From positions 33,545,741-33,609,740 of the forward strand of contig NC_068985.1 in NCBI RefSeq assembly GCF_001194135.2: 64,000 bases of DNA, written 5' to 3'. The position numbers were made by a program, and so were the translations under genes. This stretch comes from Octopus bimaculoides. Its lineage: Eukaryota. How positions within the stretch are numbered: position 1 is the stretch's first letter; each line of letters starts with the position of its first letter. The notes below the pieces were generated by a model. The model did no database searches. It was not told the DNA's origin and saw only the letters and a list, made by a program, of their open reading frames with translations. Shown here piece after piece: positions 38,376 through 51,265 of this stretch.

Positions 38376-38597
38376 GACCATAATCAAAATTCAGAGTTGT
38401 ATCGATACAGCAAAATTGAAAGCAATCTGAGCAAAATTAAAGGGGGCTGATTTTGTGAATCAATTTAACTAGATCCTAGATTTCCTGTACTTTTCAGCAT
38501 TTGTTCCTTCAGCTAATATATTTCAGTCTGAAATACTTCACTTATAGTTGCATATTCTCAATGTTCCAAGTTTATTGTGAGGTTAAGTTTTGTAAAT

Positions 38598-38637
38598 TTG
38601 ACTTTTTTTTTTTTTGTTGTAATCACACCAGGTAATG
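38598..38637 (+). other. Zero-length-exon / recursive-splice-like site
   Basis: TTGAC branch-like motif, poly-T tract, CAG (AG 38630-38631) abutting GTAATG. Confidence 0.3.
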
Positions 38638-39159
38638 TCAGTAGTACCATAGTTAAATAATGTTTCAACAATACAGTTATATGGTCATGTATTATATACA
38701 TGAAAATTTCAGCATATACCATACATAAAAAATTAGTAACAATTTAATTCTGTTCAATAACTGACCATTTCCTCTGATGACACTGGCTATTATGCATTCA
38801 GTTCTAAAAAGGAAATTTGCAACATTAAAGAATAAAAGATTATAGGCTTTGTTATTTGATCATTAGCAGTATTTAACATGACAGATCTTGTAAATATCAC
38901 AAGGTTAACTATTAAGCATATTTTGTTCAGTTTATTCCTAAATCCTTCTGCTCACATTTCAACTGTTAATGGAATTGTATGATTTAAAACAAGGAAATTT
39001 CAATGTAATCTTCAATTTCATGCTTTTAAAAGAGTCATTTTTCACATTACTTCCCCCCTCCCCATCTTTTACATTTTCATAAATCCAGAAGTGTTTTATT
39101 TTATTTATATCATTTGATTATATAGCTATATAGTTTCACTTGTGTTTGTTCTTTGCAAT

Positions 39160-39745
39160 CTCATATGTGCATGTATGTATGTCATTATTCAGTTTATTTC
39201 AAGATTTCTTGCCAATAGAGAAAGAACCAGTTTCTAACCTAGGTCCAAGGTTCATTCATTGGAATTTCAACATCAGCAACAGGGTATTTTTGTTTGTATG
39301 TATGTATGTGAAGATTTGTACATTTTATGTATGTATTCTCATGCATATAGTTACATATCTAGACATGCTCATATATATTTAAATAATAAACTTCTGGAAA
39401 GTTTTACAGATTTTTACTGTTCCAGTGATGGATTAGATCTGTAGTCTTTGAATTAGCTTTCTCCTTTCTGATTTTGAGAAGCCTAATTTCTCAAGATTGG
39501 TATTTAGGTAGTGTGTTACATATCCCAGGGCCTCAATAATTACAGGTATAAACCTAAACTTGTAATCTAGATAGAGTAACTGCAGATTTCTTAATAGTTC
39601 TTTTTCACTGATGTTAACATCCACTGGGCAGCTAATTTCCACAACTGTGCACTGTTTGTCTTCTTTATCCCAAATCATTTTATCAGGTCTGTTGTGCTTA
39701 CATTTTATTGAGGTCTTCACTGGTACATTCCACCAATGTATATAT
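39160..39745 (-). mobile_element. R4/Dong-like non-LTR retrotransposon 3' end (restriction-like endonuclease)
   Basis: WWNVPVKT..KHNRPDKMIWDKEDKQCTVVEISCP.D.N...IPVIIEALG is a PD-(D/E)xK RLE signature. One premature TAA; 3'UTR ends in (TACA)n. Confidence 0.85.
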
Positions 39746-39784
39746 ATGTATGTATGTGTGTATGTATGTGTATATATATGTATA

Positions 39785-39951
39785 NNNNNNNNNNNNNNNN
39801 NNNNNNNNNNNNNNNNNNNNNNNNNNNNNNNNNNNNNNNNNNNNNNNNNNNNNNNNNNNNNNNNNNNNNNNNNNNNNNNNNNNNNNNNNNNNNNNNNNNN
39901 NNNNNNNNNNNNNNNNNNNNNNNNNNNNNNNNNNNNNNNNNNNNNNNNNNN
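39785..39951. other. Assembly gap (N run)
   Basis: N characters. Confidence 1.
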
Positions 39952-40645
39952 AGGGAAAGAAAAAAAGGTTGTTTTACATTTCGAGGAAAACTCTTCTTCA
40001 GAAACAGGACAGAGGAAAGTGAGGTAAAAAATTGCCATGAATTGTAAAGTAATAAATAAAAACAGCTCTTGATAAGGTCATACTACTTAAATGTTTGACT
40101 GACTGGAAATTTTAATTTTATTTATACATTTTTAACAATGCCTTGTGAGTGAATTTGGTGAACAGAAACTGTAAAAAGCTGTTGTATGTGTGTGCGTGCA
40201 TACATGTCTTTGTGTTTGTCCCAGCCCAGCTGCTTGAGAACTGGTGGTGGTTTGTGTATGTCTCATTAACTTTGCAGTTTCAGCAAAATGGACCAAATAG
40301 AACAAGTATCAGACTTCAAAAAATAAGTGCCAGGGTTGATTGTTCAACTAAACCCTGCATACCCACAGTACAATAACTGAAACAAACAAAAGATAGAAGA
40401 TAACAAATTAGTTTAGAAATAGGACATATATCTAACTGCATTAATTTAAATTGCTGTTGCCAAAATAAGCAGAGATTGAGGGAATAATTTTAAGATTTCT
40501 TATATAGGTTAAATAATCTCTTAGCCATGTCTTAACTTGGGTTTAGTAACTTCAGATTGAAATCAGTTCTCTTCTCTTGTGTCATTTGTGTAAAGTATGA
40601 ATGATTCATAGGCCCATTCACTTCCATACATATTTTATTTTTATC

Positions 40646-40669
40646 ATCATCATTATCATCATCATCATT

Positions 40670-40701
<32 letters not shown>

Positions 40702-41105
40702 TGTTTAATGTCTGCCTTCCATGCTGGCATGGGTTCGATGGTTTGACAGGAGCTGGTTATGCAGAAGACTGCACCAGATTTCTGTGTCGGTTTTGGCATG
40801 GTTTTTATGGCTGGATGTCCTTCCTAACACCAACCACTCTGCAGAGTGGGCTGAATGCTTTTTATGGTTTATACAGCTGGATGCCCTTCCAAATGCTAAT
40901 CACTTTACAGTGTGGACTGAATGCTTTTTAAGTGGCACCAGCACCAGCAGGGCCACCAAGCAACCCACAAGACAAGGAATCCTTGAGGGGGGAGGGAGCA
41001 ATGGAAAGGTGATCCTATGTCAAATGATGAAAGGTTAGTGTGTGACAGAGAGACAAACAGATGTCTTGCTGTAAAGGAGATACATTGGTCATCTTGGGAC
41101 TGTAG
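40646..41105 (-). mobile_element. RTE LINE 3' end with long (CAT)n tail
   Basis: (CAT)n 40646-40700, then gtttaatgtctgccttccatgctggcatggg, with an internal duplication of the tttatgg...ctggatg unit. Confidence 0.8.
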
Positions 41106-41584
41106 TAGTAAACACTTACCCAAGGTGCTGTGCAGTAGGACTTACCCATGACTGTGTAGTTGCAAAGCAGACTTCTTAACAACACAGTCATGGATCAAAT
41201 CTATGTACCAGATTCAGTTCCCAGATAACTCACTAGCAAACAAGGGAGCCTCTATGTAATTGCATGACCTGATAGAAATAGCAACCAAATCTCCTTTAAA
41301 CAAAATCTACTTTCTTAAAAAAAAAAAGACACATTGAACAATGTAGTCCAATGCAGTGGCTTAGCTAAAAAAAATGTAGGATGGTGACAATCAAAATATA
41401 ATTATGTTTGCTCGATCAGAACCAACTTAGCATTAAACAAGGACAATATTGGATAGTTTTTGGTCACATGCTCAAGAGTTAAATATCATCTTACTTTATT
41501 TATTCTTGTGTGTCTGTGAGTTCAGCATCATAACTGATATTTCACAGATCACAATCTACATCTTTTTTTTTTTTTATTACACTT

Positions 41585-41754
41585 AGGTGCAGGTTTGGCT
41601 TGGTAAAAAGCTTGCTTCCCAACCACATGGTTCCAAGGTTGAATTTCACTTTGTGATATCTTGGGCATTTATCTTCTTACTATAGTCTCAGCTTGACCAA
41701 AGCCTTGTGAGTGGATTTGCTAAGCAGAAACTGAAAGAAGTTTGTTGTGTGCGC

Positions 41755-41800
<46 letters not shown>

Positions 41801-42025
41801 CCTTGTCTTGATATGATGTAATAGTTGTAAATGATTGTCACTGTCAAAGCAATGTGACTTATTTCCAATATTCTGTGAGAACATGACTGGCCATGACTGA
41901 CCACATTACTATGTGGTTGGTAATAGGAAGAACATCCAGCTGCAGAAAATCTGTCTCAAATTGAAACTCCCTCTAACTCATACAAGCGTGGAAAAGTGGA
42001 CATTAAATGATGACGATGATGACAT
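41585..42025 (+). mobile_element. Family A SINE with RTE-type tail
   Basis: aggtgcaggtttggcttggtaa...gaaactgaaagaag...(GT)n...ggaagaacatccagctg...(GAT)n. Confidence 0.75.
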
Positions 42026-44190
42026 AGGCAGCGGCAGCGACATGTTGTCCTTCATAATTTGTGTGTCTCCTTGCTGAACTTGAAGTAAAATAACAATAAC
42101 TATTTTAAGTGGAGTAACTTATTACATAGATGGGAATCTACAGATTTTGGTAGTATAATGCCATTTGGAATAGAAAATATCATTTACCAGGAATATGAGC
42201 ACCTTCCTTGATCTTATGTTCTCCACTGACTCACTGTGGATCACTGAACAAATAGTCACTTTAACTGCTAGAAATAGCAGTTAAATTTCACTCAAATTAC
42301 AGCCAACCATCTCAAACTTGGAAGGACACATTGAATAATGTAGTTCTAGACATATTATCTGAAAATAAGGTAGAATGCTCATGGTTAGAACACCCTCAGC
42401 CATAAGGTTGTTTGATTAGGACTTATCTGTGGATTAAACCACATCAACAACTAAACTATGTATTTGAATACTCTGTCAGCACGTGACAATTTACACATTC
42501 TTTTCCTTAGACTTACACATTTATGTAAAAATCATCATTTTAATAGCTTGAAATCCCTGGGGTGTTTGTGTGTAGCATATTAACTGCAAATCTCTAGCAC
42601 AAGATATAGCACTGCACATATAATGCAGTAGCAGACTGCTGAACATTCAGCTAATTAGAAGACAGCACTATAAAAATCTATTGTGTGTATTTAAAAGCCG
42701 TCAAAAGCTATATTAGTATTTGGATTAATTTGAAATGCAACACTAATGATTACTTTATATTTGTCCCCAAGCCAAAGAGAGATCATCTATGTGGTTATAA
42801 GAGCTGGTAAAAATAACAGCCAAATTACCCTCAAAACAATTCTTATTTTAATAAAAGCAATGACATATTAAGTTTTATATATATATATATATATATATAT
42901 ACATACACACATATACATACATACATACATACATACATCTTGGAGTGAAAATAAGACTGCTTATGTTCATAGACCTGCTTGGTCTGGGCTAATCTGGGTT
43001 TAAACAAAATTAGAGATAATGTAGCTTCCTGGATCTAACAACTTCATCCTTTCCAATTTTACTTTGAACCAACTAGGACATCATGTGGTCATTCAATCTG
43101 CTAGAGGTAGTAATCATATTGCCCTCAAATCATGCTTTATCATTAAAAAAAAACATGATTCATTTGATAAGTTGGTCTTGAATACATCATTCATTATTTA
43201 ATGCCTATTTACATGTTGGCATGGGTTGGATTTAGTGAAAATAAGATGAGATGGTCATTGCAGGTATGCTTTGATCATAGGTCTGGTTGATCAAGTTCTA
43301 TCCTCTCGTTTGTTTACAATTTAACATACATGCATCATTTTCTCTCTTTCTTTTTATTCTTATGTCCTTCACTTGTCTTAATGGTTAGCTTTGAATTCCT
43401 TCTTCTTTATTGTTATCATCATCATCATCGTTGTCATCACCATTCTAATGTGCAGTTTTCCATACTTGCATGGGTCAGACAGAATTCATTTAAGCAGATT
43501 TTCTATGGCTAGATGCCCTTCCTGTTGCTAGCCTTGATTTGTTTTCAAGCAAGATAATATTTCCCAAAGCCAAACATGGTTTCATGGAAGATTGGAAATA
43601 GACACCATTTGTATGACAGCAACACTTGTTTATGACTATGGCATAATGTAAAACAAGAAGACAAATTCACACATACATACCTATGCATACACATATATAT
43701 TCACACACATATACATGTGCATGTGTGTGTCTTGTGTATGCATGTATGTATAAATGTATATATGTATATATATATGACAGGTTTCTTTCAGGTTCCACCT
43801 GCTATGTCCACTCATAAGGTTTTAATTAGCATGAGGCTATAGTTGAAGACACTCACCCAAGGTGTCACACAATGGGACTGAACCTGAAACTATGTAGTTG
43901 AAAAGTAAATTTCTTAACCACACAGGCATGTCTGTATCTCAGTATTAATGTATTTTTGGAGTCATTCTTGTCTAGAGAAATTGAGTTTTTACTATGTTGA
44001 TTAAATTTAATTTTAGCCTTGTGGTTTTAAAAATATATGGATGGGAATGATGCCAAGAGATATGTGCAGATATAGAAACAATATCAATGAAAAAATACGT
44101 ATATGTGCTTATCTGTATAAACTCCATTTGAATGTACATATATGCATCTACACGTATAAACGCACCACTCACTGGTGTATACCTGTTGAT

Positions 44191-44223
<33 letters not shown>

Positions 44224-44854
44224 GTGTGTGTATGTATGTGTGTGTGTGTGTGCATGTAGTTATAGTAATATTTATAGTCTGGGTATTCTATGAAAAGCAT
44301 TGAACTAAAATCAGTGCTGCTTATTGACATTCCCTCTCAACAAAATTACTCTTTGGCTTTTCACTTTCAAAAACGAGTGTAATGAAAAAAAAAAAATCCT
44401 TTACTTGAAAAATATGGAAGGGCTAGAAACAGGAAGGACATCAGACTGTAAAACAATTGGCTCAATGTGTATTCATCCAGCTCATGTTAGCATGGAAAAA
44501 TGAATATAAAATGGAGAACAGACAAATGTATGTTTGTGTATGTGTGTGTGTGTGTGTGTTTGTGTGTGTCCGTGTGTGTGTGTATATACATAAAATATCA
44601 TCATCATCAATATCTAATATCCATTTTCTATGCTGGCATAGACAGGAACTGTCTATATCTTGACAAGAACTGGCAGGCCAGGGGCCACACCAGGCTCAAT
44701 AGTTCTTTTGGCTTGGTTTCTATGGCTGGATGCCCTCCCTAATACCAACCACTTTACAGTGTACTGGTTGCTTTTTGCATATATGTGTGTGTGTGTGTGT
44801 GTTTATTTGTATAAATGTATATATGTGTGTAAGTGTATATGTATGTATGTATGT

Positions 44855-45085
44855 CAATGCTGTATATGCCATAAATCTAACGGAGGCCTCAAAAGACATT
44901 TTAAGATCCACAAAGATCAGAACTTAACTGTAGCTCTTGATGGCCCAAATCAGATATGCAATCTATGTAGCTATCTTTTCAAAACATTCTCTGGTTTAAG
45001 AGGCCACATCAGATACCATTATAGATCTAAGGTGTAAGTACAAGAGGTGGTCAGACTCTGCATAAGGAGTAGACAACCACCATGT
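44855..45085 (+). mobile_element. Short LINE 3' end encoding two C2H2-type zinc fingers, flanked by (ATGT)n
   Basis: CICHKSNGGLKRHFKIH...CNLCSYLFKTFSGLRGHIRYH, then a stop and short tail. Similar terminal fingers occur on the RTE pieces at 7.0 and 49.3 kb. Confidence 0.6.
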
Positions 45086-45724
45086 ATGTATCTTTCATCT
45101 TTTACTTGTTTCAGTGATTAGACTATGTTGGGACACAGCCTTGCAAAATGTTACTTGAACAAGTTAATCCAGTACTTGTTATTTTTTTTTAAGACTGGTA
45201 CTTATTCTATTGGTCTCTCTGCTGAACTGCTAAGTTACAGGGATGTAAACACTCCAACATAGGTTGCCAAGCAGTTGTGGGGTACAAAAACATGCACAAA
45301 GTTCCACACAGTAGGACTAAACCTTCATCAAAAACCATTGGTATAAAAGTTACTAATGACTTTGCCATGAATTTTATATTAATGATTATAGAGTATAGAA
45401 TATGCAAGCTTAAGAGCTCTGTTGATGGTTAAACTCTCTTATGGTGCCTAGAGGAGTACTTAGTAGTGACATTTTATAATCTCTTGGATGGAATTTGTTG
45501 TGTGTTGTATAATACACACTGTCAGCAGGATGAAAATGTACAGAATTTGCTCTTGGCTTTCATTTTGAAGTTAATGCCAATGTTTCGTTAACGTACTGAA
45601 AGTATCATGCTAATTTTTGTCTAAATTGCCTATCCTACCACACTGTAAGTAAATTAGTAATGTCTCCTTCATTTTGGTACCTGGTGTGAATCATCATGAT
45701 AATGGTAACACTCTTCCAGCCTAC

Positions 45725-45810
45725 CATGTGAGCTAACTTTTTCTCAAATACAAATTTAATCTTTATGCTCTCCGATGCAGTTGGCTGTTCACCAATACAT
45801 CAAGCTGTTC
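45725..45810 (-). other. Candidate exon with very strong acceptor (UTR or terminal)
   Basis: gtttatgtctctttttttttttcag acceptor. All three frames stop within 16 codons; a donor ATG|gtaggc follows. Confidence 0.25.
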
Positions 45811-46299
45811 CTGAAAAAAAAAAGAGACATAAACAGTCATCAAGTTTAGCTGAATATTCTGCATATATATATATATAGGTAGGTATGTGTGTGTATGAAT
45901 ATTTATTGATTTTACAAGGAAAATATTGACAGACTTCAAAGTTTCGACTGGCTTGCCTTCATCAGATTGTATATGCTTGTGTGTGTGTATAAATATACTA
46001 GCTGAGGTACCTGGTAATACCTGAGAGCAGGGATATTCCCAGTACCCATTACAATGCCTAATTTCTCTCAAATGAAAAATGAAATCAAGACAGGACAGAT
46101 AATAGAAGGTGTAAGCAAATTCATTCATGAAACAATAATACAAATAAATACGTATGGAATTGGAAAATGACAATTGTTTGGTCGGATGAGTGGAAAGCTG
46201 CAAATATATAATCAATGGAAACATCAAGAAGGGAATTGTAAAGGAGTGCTATGAAAAAAAAAGAACATAAAAATTTGAAAAGTAAACAAAAAAATTATT

Positions 46300-46890
46300 T
46301 GGAGAAAAGGCACTTAATTTGATGACTGTGTTTCATGGGTATAGTTCCACTGATCGTGAGAATCAAATATTGATTGCAATGGTTAGAGTCAACAATCTTA
46401 AGTGCAGGTGTTAAGAAAATACATGTTACATGTTTTAGCACACAATGCTGCAACATTTAGAATCGATAATCTTAAGTGAAGGTGTTAAGAAAATTCATGT
46501 TACAGCAACCTGAAAATACTGGAATAACTGAACATTTTAACCTCACAACAATTCAGGCCAAATTTCGTTAATCAAAAACCACCTTATGCTTTGCTTGTGT
46601 GGCCTAAGTAAAAATTTGTCTCAACCCATTCTCAGCACATATTCCATCTGTGTATAAAATTTCAAGAAAATCGGTTGAAAACTTTAAAAGTTATGGCAGA
46701 AAATTACATTGAAATGTCCTATTGATTTTTGAAAAATCGATGCTGATTAAAAATCATCGATTTTTTTGAAATTCCAAGTGCAAAAGTGACTGCATGAGCA
46801 TAAGCCTGACACACGTTTCAAGTTTCATCAAGATTGATTGGATAGTCTTGAAGGAGTCAAAGTAACAAATTCACAAACTCACACACACAC
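46300..46890. mobile_element. Helentron/HINE-like non-autonomous element (tentative)
   Basis: aaatttcaagaaaatcggttgaaaac and aagtttcatcaagattg motifs; internal hairpin aaaaatcgatg...catcgattttt (about 46733-46766); direct repeat at about 46384 and 46458; (CA)n end. Confidence 0.45.
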
Positions 46891-48779
46891 CCAATGGTGG
46901 GTAAGCAGTCCTGGCTTTCTTAAGTAAGTTGAGGCCCACATGAAAATATCCCTTGTCTTAAAAGACTGATATAAGATCCTGAACCTTCTAGAAGAGTTAA
47001 GGTTCATGTAGTAACTTAATGCAAATCTGAACTCCAAAAGTATTTGCAAGTTAAGAGGGGGTATACTGATAAGTTAAACTTTGTGTATAAGTAGTAGTTT
47101 GTATAAATGTAGTTTGATTGTCAGTATATCTATGGTTATGCATGAAATGCTTGAGAAATAAAATGCACTTACCTATTTAAAACCTGAAACACTGGGGAAT
47201 TAAATCAATGAATTGAAATAATAAGTTTTAGCAAATGAAAACAATTCGTATTGAAATGCAGAATTAGCAAATGCTAATGAGATTACCATTAATAAGATGT
47301 CTGTTGAATTTCAGCATTTTTCGTCAAATTGGAATCTATATAAATGGGTAGGACCAATTTGACAAAAAAATGACCAAAGTCTGGTAGCAAACCCATGTTG
47401 TCGTCATTCGTTGTTGTATGTGTGTAAAAATTTTTATTTGTCTCAACCCATCCTTAGTGCATAGTCCACTAAGCATTTTGCCTGGCGTGCTAATGTTTCT
47501 GCAAGCTTGTCTCCCCCTCCACTTGTATGTAAAAATATTGTGTATTTAATGTTGAACTATACTGTCTTGATCATCTTTACAACTTTTGCTTCAGTGCACT
47601 TCTGAGGTATATGTGTAAAACAAAATGCATCTAATAATTGTCATTTGGTCCCAGAGCCCTTATATTCACATCATAAACTACATGAACCATATAACATTGC
47701 ACCAATAACAACAAAATGTTGCACATACAAAACTGCAACATCATCAGCAACTTTACATTTATTACTGAAAGCAGATATGTTTATATCCTGACATGATTTC
47801 CTATGAATTTGTCATCTTGTCTCTAGTGAGGATACATTGGAATGTTTTCTCCATTATCTTCTCAAAGTGGGTAGCTTGAAGTTTTGTTAGTGCTGAGAAA
47901 TACAAGGCCTGACATTCATTTTTTTTTTTTTTTCAAGGATGTTGTTATATGAGTGATATAAAATAAGTGAAATTATTAGAAACTACAACCATGGAAACCA
48001 GCTTCAGAATTTTCGCTTTCTGGACAATCATCCCTTATTTTCTATTCTATAACACTATAAGGTTATACCATAAAGTTCAGAACAACATGACAGCTAAAAT
48101 ATATCAGTTGAAAATAGTGCTAAATTATAAAAAATATTTACTAGATCATTTTTACTATATTCCTAAATAAAAATAACTCTTTTCTATTCCTTGCTGCAAT
48201 GACAATATATGTCACCAGCTGTTGTGTCTTCATCAATGTAACACCACTACCACCAGCAGCAACAACAACAACCATTATCATTTTTCTCTTATTACTATTG
48301 ATATTGGTTCTTCTTACCAATATGAATTCACTCACTCACTCTTTCTTGCTTTTTCTCTCTCATCTTTTCTTTTCTTTGAGTTGTTGCCTGCTAATAAACC
48401 AATGTTGTGGGTGTTATTTGCTGTTCTATGTCACAGCTGTTCAATGATATTATTTCTATCCCCATCCACTCTCTCACTAGACTTGTTTGTCTTGCATATC
48501 TCATTCCATTTCATTCATATTCTTCATAAACACTTAAAAGAACAAAGACATATTTTTTTGTAAACATAGTAACACACATCTATTATGAAGTGTTTTTTTT
48601 TTATTACTCATTATGTTTCATTAAAGAGTACATCATGCTGTACACATTCCTGTTTCACATGTTTTTATACACATGAGTATTTGTATTAATCAATACTAAT
48701 AGGTATGTATGGTGTGTGAGTTATGCTGTATGCATAGCAACAAGCCTGTAGCTGGAAGATAACATGTCCAGACATCTAG

Positions 48780-49380
48780 CAGATCCACACCTATGCAAAG
48801 GTATGGTTGTGTACCTGACTAGCCTAAATCAGAAACCATTATTTCTAACAGATCTATTAACCATGTAGTGATTTCTTTGTTGGCTTACTATAATATTTGA
48901 ACCAGCAGTGATACTTTGCTTCTTATACACAATCAGATGTATTGAGCTAGGCACCTTACTAGGATGCAGGGTAGCTGGTTGCCTAAGCAGTTGTTTTATG
49001 GGGAGTCGCAACATGGTAAAAGTCAGACATGAACCTAAGAAACGTTTTAGGGATGCTGACAAAAGTAACCTTAAGGCTCTCTGTGTGGATGTTGAAGATT
49101 GGGAGTAGATGACAGAAAAATCAATCAGTTTGAAAAGAAGTGGTCTACAATGGTTGTTAAACATTTCAAAATGCAGAGAATCAAATGCTCCATCCTGAAA
49201 TGAACACTTTGTAGACAGGACTTCACTTCAATCCCAGACACTTTTCTACCTGAAAATGTTTGTAAAATCTGAAGTTGGGTCTATTTCTCCAGAGCTGGGC
49301 TTGCTAACCATTTGTGACCTCATGACAGCATTTACTAATTGAAGAGATGGCCTTCTTTCATAGATGGCAATCATCATGTG
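48780..49380 (+). mobile_element. RTE (BovB-like) LINE 3' fragment
   Basis: HEPKKRFRDADKSNLKALCVDVEDWE, plus terminal finger remnant CKI..VYFSRAGLANHL..H. Confidence 0.8.
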
Positions 49381-50400
49381 TGTCTGTGTGTGTGTGAATT
49401 ATTGAGTGTATTCTGTTACATTACTTGGCATTCTGATTTCAAATCCTATTGAAGATGCCTTTGCTTCCATCCTTCTAGGATCAGTGAAATAAGTAGAGGT
49501 CATAGAACTGGAATTTGGTATAATTAACTATGCTGTGTCACCTAAAATGTGTGGTTCTATTGCCTGAGTTAGGAACCATTTCTATTAAATTTAGTCAATA
49601 TTGAATCAGATTTTTCAAAATAACATATTTTAACCTATTTCACTTTAAAAACTAATTTGTCTTTGAAAATATGGCTGGACTTTCAAATAGTGGTTACTTT
49701 CTTAGAAACAAGAACGTGTTTTGCCAGGGAGAAAAACGACAAACTGAATTCAGCCATGTATATTACTATTATGAAGTTTATTGAACCCTGAACACATGAA
49801 AGACAATTAAAGCCTCAATATGATTTGAAATCTGGTTAGTGTGACCCATGACACAATACAGCAAAGCATCTAGGCCTGTACTCTTGTATGTAACTACATC
49901 TCCTGCCCTTTCAAATTTAATATTAATACCCTTTCAATCAATTCTTCCAGTTAAGTCTAGGCACTTTACTAAGTGAACTCTCAACATACTAAATATAGTA
50001 AATAGATTGAAAATTAATAGATTTACTACATGCATCTATGTTATATGTATGTGTATTGCAAGTTTTCTTAAATCTCTGTAATTGTACTTTCTTTCACCGC
50101 AATCTTCTTAAGCTGATCTCTGCCATAAATCCATGGAAACGTTGTACGCCATTGCAATTACAACAATTAGTTTCAGGAATATACAATACTGCATTTAAGT
50201 TTGCTCCTGCTCAGCATAAGATCAACTAACCCTAATCCAAAGCTGTTAACAAGTTCTATCCATTACATTTCTATATCAAGGTGTGAATTTGTTTTTCTTT
50301 TGCTTCTTTCTTTTAATCTTTTTTTTTTTTCCAGTTATAGTCTTATAAGTTATCCTCTTGAAATCTGACCTACTACTTCGTTTTTTTTTCTTTTTGTTTC

Positions 50401-50425
50401 NNNNNNNNNNNNNNNNNNNNNNNNN
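50401..50425. other. Assembly gap (25 N)
   Basis: N characters. Confidence 1.
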
Positions 50426-50834
50426 TTTCCCCCCCCCCCCCGTTTTTATTAAATTTCAGCCTTTTACATGCGAAAAAAGAATTGAAAGTTAAAATAATTG
50501 AATGAATTGAAGGAACCATTGTTTAACATCCTTCTTCTGCTTTCTTGTACCAACTCATTAGAATTAGTTATTTTTCAGCAATTAATGTACTTCAGTTAAG
50601 AGCATTATAATTGAGGTGAATTGTTATCGTGTTCACTTTAAAAGGCAAAATTTTGAACTTAGAAAGGCACTACCAAAGTACAGTGAGCAATATCCTTGTT
50701 GTATCCTGGGAGGTATAATAGTTATACACTTTTCATTCACTCTCTGCTTCTCCTTCTCTTCATAAAACTGTTCATCATATTGAACAGTTTTATCCTCTGT
50801 ATGCATTTTTACCACTATATAAGCATTATACGTC

Positions 50835-51188
50835 ATTGGCACACAAAGCAGTGTTTTGAAATAAACAAAATTTTAGATCAGTTCAAATATGTTTGGGACA
50901 TTTAACTTGTAAAAAGGCTGTGGTTTGCTATGGAGAAAAATCCTCACTTCAGGCAAAAGGTGCAAAACACCAAAGTCATTTCAGAGCACCTCCTATGGAC
51001 TACTGTATGCATTTCAAGCTCTTCGTGCTCTCACCAAGCAGAACAATCCCAAAATAACTGGAAGCTTTCCCTTCCTTATAAGAAATCAGTAGAAATCACT
51101 CAGTAACTGAGAGCTGTGGCTACCACGCTGGATCAAAATTCATGATTGGCACACAAAGCAGTGTTATGAAATAAACAAACTTTTAGAT
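50835..51188. repeat. 44-bp direct repeats (42/44) bracketing 266 bp
   Basis: attggcacacaaagcagtgtt(t/a)tgaaataaacaaa(a/c)ttttagat at 50835-50878 and 51145-51188. Confidence 0.9.
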
Positions 51189-51244
51189 GGTAGGGTGTGA
51201 TATGAAGGATATATGGCTGCTGTTTCTACCAGGTTGAATGACCA

Positions 51245-51265
51245 CATATTTTTCTGCAGGTATGA
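51245..51265 (+). other. Zero-length-exon / recursive-splice-like site
   Basis: atatttttctgcag (AG 51258-51259) abutting GTATGA. Confidence 0.3.

Noticed and set aside
39433-40047. ORFs of 103-201 aa
   Set aside because: They span an N gap; the informative part is the RLE retrotransposon fragment.
44860-45037. Host C2H2 zinc-finger gene
   Set aside because: Only two fingers without TGEKP linkers, no acceptor, flanked by microsatellite; fits a LINE terminus better.
50633-50842. Minus ORF MHTEDKTVQYDEQFYEEKEKQ... as an exon
   Set aside because: Driven partly by a CT-rich low-complexity tract; donors weak; no homology.
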